This document shows, in pieces, positions 1 to 12,481 of a DNA stretch of 64,000 bases; position 1 is the first letter of the stretch; each line of letters opens with the position of its first letter. The stretch spans positions 2,046,001-2,110,000 of the forward strand of contig NC_043004.1 of the NCBI RefSeq assembly GCF_006345805.1, written 5' to 3'. A program made the translations under genes and the position numbers. The DNA is from Octopus sinensis (lineage: Eukaryota). Below the pieces are notes generated by a model. The model did not search any database and was not told the DNA's origin. It was given only the letters and a program-made list of their open reading frames with translations.

Positions 1-2899
1 TACAATATTCTACTCCTACTTAGTATTTCTCTCCCTCCTACCTTGGCAACTACGGTAAAGTCTCTATGTCATTGATGAAGTATTTTTAGACAGATAAATG
101 TGCGGAACTGTTTCCCGAAATTACCAGATTAATTAAATTATCTATCTTACCCTGATATTTTCATTTCGACAACAAATATATATTTGCAGTTGGCTTGTCA
201 ATACCCATTTAAAAGAAAAGAAACAGTCTGACACTGACCTGGCTGCTATTTTATGCAGATGGCGCCCCTGACTTATTTCTCAGTAAATTCTTGTCTAAAA
301 TATGTGTTAAGAAATTTACATAAGATATGTCTCTTTCTCAAAACAGGTAGACAGGATTAGAAATATAGACATGGTAGAGGATTTCAAATATAGGCATGGT
401 AGAAATATATTGGCTTCGCTACTTAGCCATCATTGTAAAGATTCTTTTTCTTGTGCTTATGAATATTCATAAAGTCTTTCAGCATACAGTGTGGAATCAG
501 ATTTCTCACTCGGTGTTTTCTTTCTTGTTATTATTGCGCTGAATAGCAAAGCAAAAATGTTTATGCCAGGGATATAACTGATTTAATAAAGTTTTAAACA
601 AAAGACATTATTTCGATATTTATTAGTTGAATTAGAGTAATATAACGACATATTTACCACCAACTATTTCAATGTTTAAAGAAAAAAACAAATAAGATTT
701 AATTTGATATCATTTTGAGGTTTTGTCATTTATATTCTTCTTGCTTTATTTTCCAATAAAGATGCCAATGTTGTCATCGTCACAACGGCTTTCCCCAAAG
801 GCGAAATTTGGGGATAAACAAAAAGAAAATAAACTGTAACACCAGTACTGACGTATACGATGACAGCCTGAACGACAACTATAACAACGACGAGTTGTAG
901 TAGTAGTAGCGGGAACTTTGGCAGAAAACGAACGATGCGAGTGAAAGAAATACTAGCAGCACGAATATTAACCTTGACAGCAGTTCATACGATGCTATAG
1001 GTGAAAATGTAAATTAACAGGACTTGCGGAGAAAATTATTAAAAAAGAAGCAGGAAAAATTTTTTTAAAAAGCTATCACGTGGATAGACACATCACTAAA
1101 TATTTCCATTTAGTTTTTTTTTTGTCTTTGTTTAAAGAAGCTAAATATTAAATATATTAGAAATTGAATTTTAAAAAAAAGGTATATAACAAAAAGAATT
1201 CGTTGTACATAGGAAATAATAGAAAATATACATTTTTTTTCTCCATTGAATGTCTGGTGTTGCATCCAACTCTGTTTCCCCTGGCAAATGAAAAGGAAGA
1301 AGTCGAGTCGAAGTAAATCAATGCAAAATTTCTTAAAGAAGAAAGTTACTTAAAATCTACTCTATTGACCAAAACGATAATATGCAGATCATATTCGGCA
1401 GATTTCGACAGCAGAAACGAAGTAGCATACGCCCCAGAGGCAAAAATAATCAAGACGAGAGAAAAAGAATAGCCAAGCTAAAACATTTTTCTTCTATTTT
1501 TTTTTCTTTCCTTTACTTTATTTTTTTTCAAAACTAGGCAAAGGAATCGTTGGTTAGTGGCAGCTTGCTAGCAGACCTATTGATATGCTGATATAAACTT
1601 ACTGCTAACGGTTTCCACATTTAAATGTGTCCCTGGAAGCTGGTATTAGCTTTCACAATTCCCATCATTTGACTAGTGACATGTATTTGTCTCTTGCTAG
1701 ATGCCATTATAACCAGTAGCTGATTGACACGACTAATCATTAAAATCGTTATTATTATTGTTATTTGTAAATCATTTAAACTCTGTTAAAATCTAACAGT
1801 AACCCACAACTTGTAACTATTTGAAGTCTTTGATTCAGCATTCCAACATGTGGCAACAAAGGACTTTTGTACTTTTTAAATTAATTAGTGTGATAGATAA
1901 TGAGAATGAAATGCAAAATAAAATATTACTGAAGAGGATCCCCCTCCTCGACCCACCACATTACACTCGTGTTCTCTATCTCTCTGTTCACACCCAGATT
2001 AATATGCAAATTTATTCTTTGGTTAATCCAAGTTTAATCATCAGTTAATTGTATATTTATTTATTTTTTAGCGAAGATAGCTTTTTTTTCTGCAGAATAT
2101 GAAACAATTCATCACAAAAGCAGAAATTTACAGTAAATATATTTTGTGGGAAGTGAAATGTGCTGTTGGATTATTTATAATTTTTCTTAAATTATTATCA
2201 GTTTTATAAATGTAAGTGAAACAAAAAATTGAATGTATATGCAATAAATAACAAGTTCTTAATTTGGTACCGATTTCACATCAGGGGGTTAATCTAGTTT
2301 ATTTAGGAGACACCAATAGTCGATTAAATAAACCACACTCTATTAATGGTATTTTTTCCAGTGACCATGGAGTATCCTCAGTTTTTTGGGTTTTTTTTTT
2401 TGTCAGCATCTGTATCTTTGCAAGGAATTTAGTTTTTCGCTTAAAGAATATACAACTCAAATACAATGTCCACATAAAAAGTAATAGCAAGTTAAAAATT
2501 TTATATTTCAATTCACTAAAGTAGTGCATCTCGATATTTTTAAATGACCGTGTCCTTGAAATGATGATAAAAATGCACACTTGGCATGAAGAGTTAAAAA
2601 CTGGATAAAACTAAAGAAATCTGTTATCCTATATTATATATCATACTTGTGTATAACAAAATTATGATGAGACTGTTTATATTTTAATCACCATTATGCC
2701 ACAGCACAAAGTATGATAAAAACTGCTCGAAATAATTCTACTTCCATACGTTAGCGCATGTGTAGCTAATGATTCTGACGCCACAAGATGTAATGTTAGT
2801 CATACAAGGTACCACGTGGTGGTGTTAAACCACGCAACAAATAAAGCCTACCTATTGATTAAGGGGTGGAAAGTAGTAGCATTTCAGGACAGAAAAATC

Positions 2900-3062
2900 T
2901 CTTCAGATTCCATTACTCCACCGACTTAGACTTATACTTTATTTATCAACTCCGAAACGATGAACAGCAACGTTTAAATATGCGGGATTTGAACTCAGAA
3001 TTCAAAAAACCGCAACAAATACCGCAAGGCTTTTCGAACGACGCTCTAACAAGACTGACAAA
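2900..3062 (-). mobile_element. Degenerate SINE family A fragment
   Basis: GGGATTTGAACTCAGAA (reverse B-box) plus decayed flanks matching the intact A copies at 46551-47119. Confidence 0.45.
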
Positions 3063-3331
3063 AGGAACAATATTAGAATCTTAAATTTCCGACAAGTGAG
3101 AATCTAAGCTGATAAGTTTTAATATCCTAAGGAACCCTTGACGCTCCTTTCATTATTGACGCAGGGCTTTCAGTTCAAATGGTAACGAGTAGAAGAACAT
3201 TGCCTAAAGTCCGTCAGCGATTAATCAAATATGTATCGGTAAGATAATTAATATAACAGAATAGGTTTTACTCTTTAATAAAATATTGTCCCCTTCAATT
3301 TAGACAATGGTATTATTAATGATGAGTAGTA

Positions 3332-3549
3332 AGACGGTGAGCTGATAGAATCGTTAGCACACCGAATAAAATGCTTAATGGAATTTCGTCCTTCTTTACG
3401 TTCTATGTTCCAATTCCGTTGATCTCGACTTTGCCTTTAATCTTTTCGAGATCGATAGAATAAGTACCATTTGAACTCTGGGGTCGATGTAGTCGACTAG
3501 TCTCCCCGCACTAATTTCTAGACGTGTGCCTGTAGCAGAACGGATTATT
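3332..3549 (+). mobile_element. tRNA-derived SINE, family A' (alternative 3' tail)
   Basis: GGTGAGCTGATAGAATCGTTAGCAC head, CGACTTTGCCTTT core, CTGGGGTCGATGTAGTCGACT, and GTGCCTGTAGCAGAA tail; aligns by eye to 7018-7236 (rc) and 53003-53160. Confidence 0.75.
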
Positions 3550-4915
3550 GTGGGGTGTAGTAATAATTATTCTGCTACAAGTAAAACAAATATACCACAG
3601 ACATAATTCAGTTCATAGAGAGCTCACCTCAACTCCATTGCTTCAACTAAATTGATTTATTTTCGATAATACAGAGAAAGTACAATATCATTGAATGTTT
3701 CGATATCTACGGGAGAGGATTTAAGAAAGAATGGAAATCTCATCAACAATGGCTTGTCACAACAGATGCATGTCTCTTACCCTACTACGTTTGGCTCCAT
3801 ACTTATAGAACTACGAATGTTTCTTTGTATATATCTGAACCGTTTAAATTTACAGTATAAAGAGATATTCAATAATAAATTTCAATCGCATTCTAATTTT
3901 ACACTTTTATTCTTATTTTCTCAAGTTTGTAGGGTTAATAATTACTACAGCAACGACCCTTGACTCTTCAGCTTTAAAACACCAACTTCCAGAAGAAAAA
4001 ATATTAATATTTGTAAATAAACAAACCTTTCTATCAACAGATATTTATGCCATAATATTTTTCAAAATTTTAAACGTCATCTGTAGTTTCAACATCGTTC
4101 TTGCACATTATTTTGCATTCTTAAGGTTCTAATTTCACATTTGTTTATTACAGGAATATAATGAAACACAAAAACTATTCTTTAATTATAGCTGAAACAC
4201 TATAGAAGTAAGTTGATATATTTGAGCATCTTTCGCAACAATATTTTCAAATTTAATGGTATGTAGTTAATTTCAATGAAGTTTTATCATCTGAAAGTAT
4301 TTTTTTCTTAGTTTTATTTAAATTTCAAAATATTTAAAAATATATTGGATTCAAAGAGTGGACGTGTAAAATTTTATTAACAACGATAATTTCATCGCAA
4401 CCCCAAACTAAGCAGAAATTCGATCTAGCAGCCTGGTAGTAAGAAACATATGGTTTAGAACTAATTATTCAAGCACTCAAAACATTGGCAAACATAGAAT
4501 TGTTAAAATATATTTTTTATGAGATATTTATGGAGTTATCCTTGGAAGAATGATAGAGATGATGTTATCGGAGGTTAAAGTGACATACATTTACATTTGA
4601 TGACTCAGTCTGAATACCAAAATAAAAAGAAAAATGCACTACGATACAACTAAAAGAAAAATACTACCCACGAGAGATTTTGATTAAAGAGAAATAAAGG
4701 TTAATTCTAATAAAACCCACGTATCTCTTTCACAGATGAAAATAGTAAGTGTGTGTAAAATGGTATTAGCCATTTAAAAAAAAAAATACAAATACTACAT
4801 CAGTATCCTTTGCTCAGAAGCCTGCACTCTACGTTGAGAGCAGACTTATGATTGCAAACTCAAACATTTCTAGCGACATCGAAATGTTAAGTAATGTACA
4901 GGCATATTGAGTTCA

Positions 4916-5296
4916 AGCTTTCTCCCTCAATATATGCAACAGTTATATATTTAGGCCGTTCTAAGAACTAAGTTTTCATATATATATACGCAAGGTTATT
5001 TTCAGGGTAATTATTCCTGAATGATGTGTGTGTATGATGTGGATTGCTAGAGTTGTAGCTTGATGGCGTTTGTAGTTTCAAGAATATAATTAAACTACAT
5101 AGAAAACAGCTTTCTCCCTCAATATATGCAACAGTTATATATTTAGGCCGTTCTAAGAAATAAATTTTCATATATATACGCAAGGTTATTTTCAGGGTAA
5201 TTATTCCTGAATGATGTGTGTGTATGATGTGGATTGCTAGAGTTGTAGGTTGATGGCGTTTGTAGTTTCAAGAATATAGTTAAACTACATAGAAAA
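4916..5296. repeat. Two-copy tandem duplication, about 190 bp unit
   Basis: 4916-5106 and 5108-5296 are nearly identical (a few substitutions, one TA indel). Confidence 0.95.
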
Positions 5297-5479
5297 AATG
5301 TTTGATTGTTCTTCTACGGTGAAGAAGAATAGTAAATCTAAGCGTTGGTTGTGTGGCAGATGCAGTTGTTTAGCTGGCGATTGTTTGTTCGCTCTCTGGA
5401 TAGACCAAACTATGGATACTTTCACTGAAGCTCTTTAAAATACTTGTTTTTACAAGTAGTAGAATAACAAATAGGCGTG

Positions 5480-6195
5480 TCTATGTGATAAAAAGCTAGC
5501 TTCCCAACCACATCTTGGGCAGGTGCCTTCTGCTAAAACCTCACACCAACCAAAACCTGGTGAGTGGATTTTGTTGACGAAAATTGCAATAGTATATTTA
5601 TTTTTTTATTACCCACACGGGGCTAAACATAGGGTGGACAAACAAGGACATGCAAAGGGTTTAAGTCCGAAAGGATGAAAGGCGAAGTCACCTCGGCAGA
5701 ATTTGAACTTAGTACGTAACGGTAGACGAAACACAGCTAAGCATTTCGTCCAGCGTGCGAACGATTCTACCAGCTCGCCGCCCTAATATATAATATAAAT
5801 AATATATATATGCATATATACATACGTATATACATATGCATATGTGGGCACAGGACATCACAGAACGTGAACAACAAAAAATACGAAAATATGGAATACG
5901 AATACATGGAATATGAACTGTTTTTTGCGAACAACAAGGAAAACAAAAGGAAAACATGACATGCAACATAAAGAACGAATCTTCATTAGTTGTCGGCTGT
6001 TTTTTCTAATCCGTATTTCGAGCATATATATGTATGCGTGTGTGTGTGTTTGTGTGTGAGTGTTGTGTATTTGTCTCCCACCACCGTTTAACAACCGGTT
6101 TGGTGTGTTTACGTCTCAATAACTTAGCGGGTCGGTAAAAGATACTGACAGAATAAGTACAAGCTTAAAAAATGGGAAAATAAGTACTGAGACCG
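5480..6195 (+). mobile_element. Degenerate SINE family B, split at its internal microsatellite
   Basis: 5' half (GCTTCCCAACCAC...GTGAGTGGATTT) at about 5480-5590; 3' half (ACAACCGG...GGTGTGTTTACGTC...AGAATAAGTAC) at about 6040-6195. Confidence 0.55.
5608..5783 (-). mobile_element. SINE family A, internally deleted
   Basis: GGGGCTAAAC...AAAGGATGAAAGGC...GAATTTGAACT...CAGCTCGCCGCC, reverse complement of the A consensus. Confidence 0.75.
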
Positions 6196-6549
6196 CTTAA
6201 CTAGAAACGATTCTCTCACCGTTAAATTCACGCGAGGCAAACCAAATGCTAACTTCACATTAAAGAATATGGAATAACAATAACACTTAAGGGTAGCACA
6301 AAACGAAATGTTCTGTATATATATGAATATATATATATTATAATGAAAGGCACCGATTTTCAGTGTTCAAAGTTCCTAGTGCCCTATCAACAACTGGTCA
6401 ATCATTCTTGGTTTGCCAGCCGATAGTCAAAAATCAGTAATTTTGTGAACAGAAGCTCGGAGTTTTTCAGTTATAATGTTTTAAAGAACACCTACATGTG
6501 TATTGAGTACTCTAATTTATTTCTTCTGGTGAATCAACAGAGATTTATA

Positions 6550-6552
<3 letters not shown>

Positions 6553-6586
<34 letters not shown>
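6553..6586. repeat. (GT)n microsatellite
   Basis: Direct reading. Confidence 0.98.
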
Positions 6587-6588
<2 letters not shown>

Positions 6589-7017
6589 TAAGCAGAGGTG
6601 TGATTTATGCTGCAAGGTAAATAACAATAGTGTTTTGACTAATATGATTTTGAATTTTTAATCTCGTTTGTTACACAAGCCTGCTCATGTTTCTGTCGTA
6701 TGAGATCTCCTCGGCAAAGCCTAGTTTTCGACGTTCATTTTTCTTTCTTTTTTTTTCTGGACTTGAGTGACTGTCATGTTTCATCTATCCATAGGTAAGT
6801 TGCATCTGTGTCATCCAATTTCTTTGTCTTATTGCCATGTTTATAAGTGTTTATCAACACAGAAGGAACATTCCTACAAAGAAAACCAACAATTATTTCT
6901 ACAACAATAACTATTTTCTAGTAAGCTTCTATCGCAAGTGAATACCGAAAATGGCTAAAAGTTTCAGAAATGTATGGAGTCATGTAGTCTCAGTCTGTCG
7001 CCTATGTCTATGTATAA

Positions 7018-7236
7018 ATATTCTTTTCTGCTCTAGGCACAAGGCCCGGCAATTTTGGGGAGGGGCCCAGTCGATTAGATCGACCCCAGTAAGCAACTGG
7101 TACTTAATTTATTGATCCCAAAAAGATGAAAGGCAAAGTCGACCTCGGTGGAATTTGAACTCAGAACACGAAGACAGACGAAATAACGCTAAGTATTTCG
7201 CCCGGTGTGCTAATGGTTCTGCCAGCTCGCTGCCTT
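7018..7236 (-). mobile_element. SINE family A'
   Basis: Full head (rc GGCAGCGAGCTGGCAGAACC; B-box GAGTTCAAATTCC), core and A' tail (TAGGCACAAGGCC). Confidence 0.85.
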
Positions 7237-7320
7237 AGGGCAGGGCTAAATAACGCAAGGCATTTCGTTCGATGCTCTGATGCTATCATTCCCTCGCCGC
7301 CATTAAGACAACACGGTATT

Positions 7321-7719
7321 TTTTATGTTACTAGTTTCAGTCATTTGACTGCGGCCAAGCTGGGGCACGGCCTTGAAGAATGTTTAGTCGAATGAATCGA
7401 CCCCAGTACTTATTCTTTTAAATCTGGTACTTATTCTATCGGTCTCTTATGCCGATTGCTAAGTTATGGTTATGTAAACACATCAGCGTCGGTTGTCAAA
7501 TGGTGTGGAGAGACAAACACAGACACACAGACACACGCACATATAATTATATATACACGATGGGCTTCTCTCAGTTTTCATCTACCAAATCCACTCACAA
7601 GGCTTTGGTCGGGCCGACTAAGAAGACGCTTAGTTGCCTAAGGTGCCACGCAGTAGAACCGAACCCGGGACCATGTGGTTGGGAAGCAAGCTTCCTACCA
7701 CATAGCCACGCCTGCGCCT
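7321..7719 (-). mobile_element. SINE family B (tRNA head, CORE/V-like segment, internal microsatellite, 3' body)
   Basis: rc head AGGCGCAGGCGTGGCTATGTGGTAGG...CCGGGTTC; GTTTCAGTCATTTGACTGCGGCC 3' end; matches 22514-22978 and 47348-47734. Confidence 0.9.
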
Positions 7720-8779
7720 GTGTATCGATAGAGGTATATTAATGGACCCAATCTAATACCACCACGAGATAATTACATGTACAGCCATAGGCTACGGTGC
7801 AGATGTACTCGTTAGGATATAAAACAGCCAAAACTATGCCTGAGGTATGACTATAGACTGCTGTAGACGCTGAGAAGTATATACGTTGAAGTGGTTTCAT
7901 GCTTAACTTCATTGTATTTAATAGAAGAATCTTTATTAGTTAATGTTTCGCCATGCTTTTTCGCGTCAATCTACCATCCCATCACTGTCTGGCAACCAGG
8001 CATTTTGACTGTATTTTTAGCTACTACTACACTTCCTCTCCCCCCCTCTCTATAGTATCTCAGTTCTTCTTCTACTCTTTCTCTCCCTCTCTCCCTCTCC
8101 ACTTAATCTCCGATTTCAAACATCTTTCCCCCATTTGTGTGTTTCTTTTTTTCTTCTTCAATCCATTTACAAGTCCATTCAGTCTGCCGCTGTCCGTGGG
8201 TATTTTCATTTAATCGCTAACATTCCATGCTGTATGTGCTGCTGCTGTGTTGCAATGTGCTCTCTCCAATACGTACGGTGTGGAAGGCTTGTAACGAAGA
8301 GGTCAAACAAACAATTAACCCCTCATTCTTTATCGAAATTAAATCAGACCTAATAGTCCAACTTCAGTCTCCACAAATGTCCAAGCTACTCTTGTTGTTT
8401 GATGTGATAGTATCTAGATTCAAAATTTTCGTCGATTCGCTTTCACTGTCATTTAGAAGAAAAGACAAAGTTGATCACTAAAATAATTGAATATTGATTA
8501 TTTATTTTATCAGTTTATATTGGCAAATAGCTGGAGTGATGGAGGTGTCAACATGGCCATACGCCCAAGGTACAGATCTCAATCTGTAAAAGAATTGCAT
8601 TAACTAAGAATAAACTCTCCGCTCTACTTGATAGCACCAAAATAATGCTTCACTGTGGTAACGGCTGAAATCATTAGAGAGGTATCGATAATGGACAAAC
8701 GCAAGCATCAGATTGGAAATACTGGAATAGTTCGTGATTAATGGAAGGGATTAATAGTCGTAGACATAAATACACGTAT

Positions 8780-9155
8780 ATATTATATACGCATACATCT
8801 ACATATACATACATGCATATGTATATATATATGGACACTTAAAAATTGTACATACATATGTTTGTGTATATGAACATACATGTAAATAAGTATGTATATA
8901 TATATATATACATATATATATGCATATGTACATGCATATATTACATATATAACGAATATACGTATACATACATATAAACATAAATAAACACGCATATATA
9001 CTCGTATATATATATATATATATATACATAAATATATTTATATATATGAATGTATGCATGTTATATATATATATATATATATATATGTGCGTGTGTGTGT
9101 ATGTGTGTGTTTGTGTGTGTATATAACATACATACATTTATAACATACAAACATG

Positions 9156-9247
<92 letters not shown>

Positions 9248-9550
9248 TACATTATGCAGACTTATTTTGGATGACTTAAACGATTAAGTTTCGTTCATGC
9301 CATAACAAGATATTTCGTCTAAACATAAAACCTGAGTCTCTGCCCTGATTTCATTAAGTTACTGCATATGAAAAACTCTGTGTGTTCATGTGTGTGTCTG
9401 CGTGTGCGTATGTGCGTGCGTGTATGTGTGTGTGTACCTGTGTGCATGTATGTATATGTGTGTGTATATATATAAACATAAATATATATATTATATATAT
9501 TATATATATTATATATATTTTATATATATATATATATAATATATATATAC
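8780..9550. repeat. (TA)n/(CA)n/(GT)n low-complexity tract
   Basis: Direct reading; source of several YI/VC-repeat pseudo-ORFs. Confidence 0.95.
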
Positions 9551-9601
9551 GTTTAAATATTTGTTGTGCAAGATTTTTTATGTGAAGTCGTGTGTTGAAA
9601 C

Positions 9602-10007
9602 ATATATTGTTATATTTCGGAATGGTCATATTGCCAGTTTAGCCAATAAAAACCCACGCACTATATATTTGGTGTTATTTTGCTTCAGTGATATTTATTT
9701 TTTACATTAATCTTAATCTTATTTCGGCCAGAGTTCTTTCGTCACACTCCTGTGACCGCATCAGTGGTCCTTTGTTTTCTTCTTTCGTATGGCTGACGGT
9801 TAGTAAGGAGAGACACAAATACGAAAGAAGAAAACAAAGGACCACTGATGCGGTCACAGGAGTGTGACGAAAGAACTCTGGCCGAAATAAGATTAAGACT
9901 AATGTAAAAACTAAATATCACTGAAGCAAAATAACACCAAATATATAGTGCGTGGGTTTTTATTGGCTAAACTGGCAATATGACCATTCCGAAATATAAC
10001 AATATAT
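9602..10007. repeat. Near-perfect fold-back inverted repeat, 189 bp arms, 28 bp spacer
   Basis: 9602-9790 is the reverse complement of 9819-10007 with 2 mismatches. Confidence 0.95.
9840..9883 (+). ncRNA. Minimal type I hammerhead-like motif with variant core (mirror copy 9726-9769, - strand)
   Basis: GACCA-CTGATGC-G-GTCAC(AGGAGT)GTGAC-GAAA-GAAC-TC/TGGCC; helix II 5 bp, helix I 4 of 5 bp; A9 is C. Confidence 0.45.
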
Positions 10008-10102
10008 ATATATATATATATACACACGCACACACACATAAATTCATACATGTATGATTGTGTGCGCGTTTGTATATGTGAGTGTGTCTGTGTTCCTGCG
10101 TG

Positions 10103-10400
10103 TGCGAAGTCACATGGCCTAATAGTTAAGATGTTGCATGTCGGGTTGTGTCTTCGAATCACAGCTCGGACACTGCGTTGTGTTCTTGCGTAAAACACTT
10201 CAACACGAGAAGCACCGCAATCACTTCGATATCTGACATGTGACACACCGGGCACCTACACAGCCAATATTGACTTGATCGTCGGAATGAGCTAACGGAC
10301 TGCACAAATTTTTGATCAAGAAAATCCTCTCCGCAATTCTTTCACCACGAAAGTGCACAGCCCTCATGTGTCATCTACGATAGGAGAGTCCGGGTCAACG
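10103..10400 (+). mobile_element. tRNA-derived SINE, family I (C-type head, distinct tail), decayed
   Basis: CACATGGCCTAATAGTTAAG A-box; GCGTTGTGTTCTTG..AAAACACTTCA core shared with family C. Confidence 0.6.
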
Positions 10401-10424
10401 AGGTGATCATGCATGTAAGTATAT

Positions 10425-10744
10425 GTTGTTGTTGTTGTTGTTATTTGTTCCTTCTCGAGCCATACCAGACTGATAAGGGTTGATTTCTCGGTTTCCTTGG
10501 CGTATAGATTCCCCACCTAGACGGGACGCCGGTCAATCTCATATGAGCTGCTAGATGCAGGAGGAAAGAGTGATAGAAAGTTGTTGTGAAAGAGTCAGCA
10601 GAAGTTCATCATTACCTTCTGCCGGAGCCGCGTGGTGCTTAGGTGTTTCGCTCATAAACACACACATCACCCGGTCTGAGATTCGAACCCGTGATCCCTC
10701 GACTGCTAGTCCGCTGCTCTGGTCCCTAAGCCATGTGTCTCCAG
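10425..10744 (-). mobile_element. SINE family D with (AAC)n tail and 12 bp TSD
   Basis: rc tRNA head with GGGTTCGAATC B-box; TSD ATGTAAGTATAT at 10413-10424 and 10745-10756. Confidence 0.9.
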
Positions 10745-11234
10745 ATGTAAGTATATAGATTCACTAAATTCTTTACTCTATAATATATGTGTGTGAGTGT
10801 GTACGTGTATGCAAGTATGTAGGTAAGTGTATAACACTGGCGCCATTCAAGTCACTACGGAGTATGACAGCATTTTGTGCTTATATTTTTTATGCATTTC
10901 TTCATTCTTATAGTCTGTCAATATAACAAAGCCGTATATGGATATGTGATCTTATGCTGAGCCTAAGACTTAACTTCTCGACACCGACAATAATTCCTTG
11001 TCGGATGCGGCTACCTAGGTAGCCGTAAAATCGCGACTGTTCCTGCAAAATTAAACATTTCATCTGTAGCAAAACAAGGGAAGTCTCTGTATTTCTTTGT
11101 TCCAGACTTGCCTCAAATCCCGTCTGCTGTGGTCAAAGTGCAGCTAAATATCATCTGCGTCAATCTTGCTACCCTCGACGGGTCCACTTCATTAATCGAT
11201 TATTGGTATCAGTTCTACACCATATTGGTTTCTA

Positions 11235-11410
11235 ATTTTTGCACAAAGCCAGCAATTTCGGGGTAAAGGGGGTAAATATTCAACTAATACTTGTTTTAAC
11301 GACACCGAAAGGGTGAAAAGGCAAAGTCGACTCCGGCAGGATTTGAACTCAGAACGTAAAACGGACGAGATGCTGTTGAGTATTCTGCCTGACGTGCTAC
11401 CGCTTCTGCA
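11235..11410 (-). mobile_element. Degenerate SINE family A'
   Basis: GGCAAAGTCGACTCCGGCAGGATTTGAACTCAGAACG core. Confidence 0.55.
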
Positions 11411-11540
11411 CTGTATTAGCATGAGCTTTCAGGAGAATGATGTAGCGATGAAAGGTACATAGTTAATTCGAGATCGACTGAGGCATTCATTATTTAACTA
11501 TTAAGTACATTAACACAAATCGATGTCCTCTATTGAGTAA

Positions 11541-11800
11541 GTAAAAAATCATAAATGCGCCCTTTTAAAGTCTAGCCAGGCTCATGGGCCTTGTTTCAAT
11601 GGCGTATATGTTCCCTAGCCGGACGAGATGCCAGTCCATCGCAGCGTTACTCATTTTTGCAAGCTGAGTGGACTGGAGCAACGTGAAATGAAGTGTTTTG
11701 CTCAAGAACACAGCGCAGCGCGTCGCCCGGTTCAGGAAGCGAAACCACAATCTTACGATCATGATACTGACACACCTAACCACTAAGCCACGCGCCTCCA
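11541..11800 (-). mobile_element. SINE family C with 13 bp TSD
   Basis: rc TGGAGGCGCGTGGCTTAGTGGTTAG head; TSD CTCTATTGAGTAA at 11528-11540 and 11801-11813. Confidence 0.92.
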
Positions 11801-12023
11801 CTCTATTGAGTAAATATTTGATAATATTGATTTAAACATCGTTTCAAAAACAAGCACACCCCTTTGATAACAGAGTAGGGTTTATATTTCCTTCAGTACT
11901 GAACACGCAACTGGTGTGTGTATTATGCTCGATTCCTTACATAGGTAAATTGTATTTGCGTCAAAACGATTCCAGTAAAAAATACATTTTACAAGCTGTT
12001 TTGTTTTTCCTATTCAAAACATC

Positions 12024-12259
12024 GTGGAGGCGCGTGGCTTAGTGGTTAGGGTGTCAGCATCATGATCGTAAGATTGTCGTTTTGCTTCCTGGACCGGGCG
12101 ACGCGTTGTCTTCTTGAGTAAAACACTTCATTTCACGTTGCTCCTGTCCACTCAGCTGGCAAAAATGAGTAATGCTGCGATGGACTGGCGTTGAAACCGG
12201 GTAACCGGGTCCATGCGCCTGGCTAGGCTTTAAAAGGGGCGCATTTATATATTTATTAT
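12024..12259 (+). mobile_element. SINE family C with 13 bp TSD
   Basis: GTGGAGGCGCGTGGCTTAGTGG head; TSD TATTCAAAACATC at 12011-12023 and 12260-12272; short internal deletion relative to the 11541 copy. Confidence 0.92.
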
Positions 12260-12308
12260 TATTCAAAACATCAGCCCCAATCCATGTACGTTGTTCTTCT
12301 GATAGCTA

Positions 12309-12481
12309 CGAGTCCGTGCTGAAAAGTTCTTTGAGTAAAAGAAAATACAGGAGGGTCGGTTAATTATGATTTTATTCGACATATTCCCCTCTCAGATTCA
12401 CACACTTCTTGAAACTCGGAAAATTCTTTTACAGACCCTTTGCGATAACCTCACAGCCAAGAACGTTTCAGCTCCCCATCG
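12309..12481 (-). mobile_element. Mariner-derived MITE
   Basis: TA on both sides; imperfect TIRs (CGAG..GTGCTGAAAAGTTC / GAACGTTTCAGCTCCCCATCG); - strand 12407-12372 encodes KCVNLRGEYVE*, the typical mariner transposase C-terminus. Confidence 0.75.

Noticed and set aside
6790-6800. Consensus donor AG/GTAAGT
   Set aside because: No supportable exon upstream; a single motif is not evidence
8783-9629. Many ORFs rich in YI, VC and HT repeats (also 23744-25199, 33819-34141, 60195-60824)
   Set aside because: They are translations of (TA)n, (GT)n and (CA)n, which lack stops in some frames
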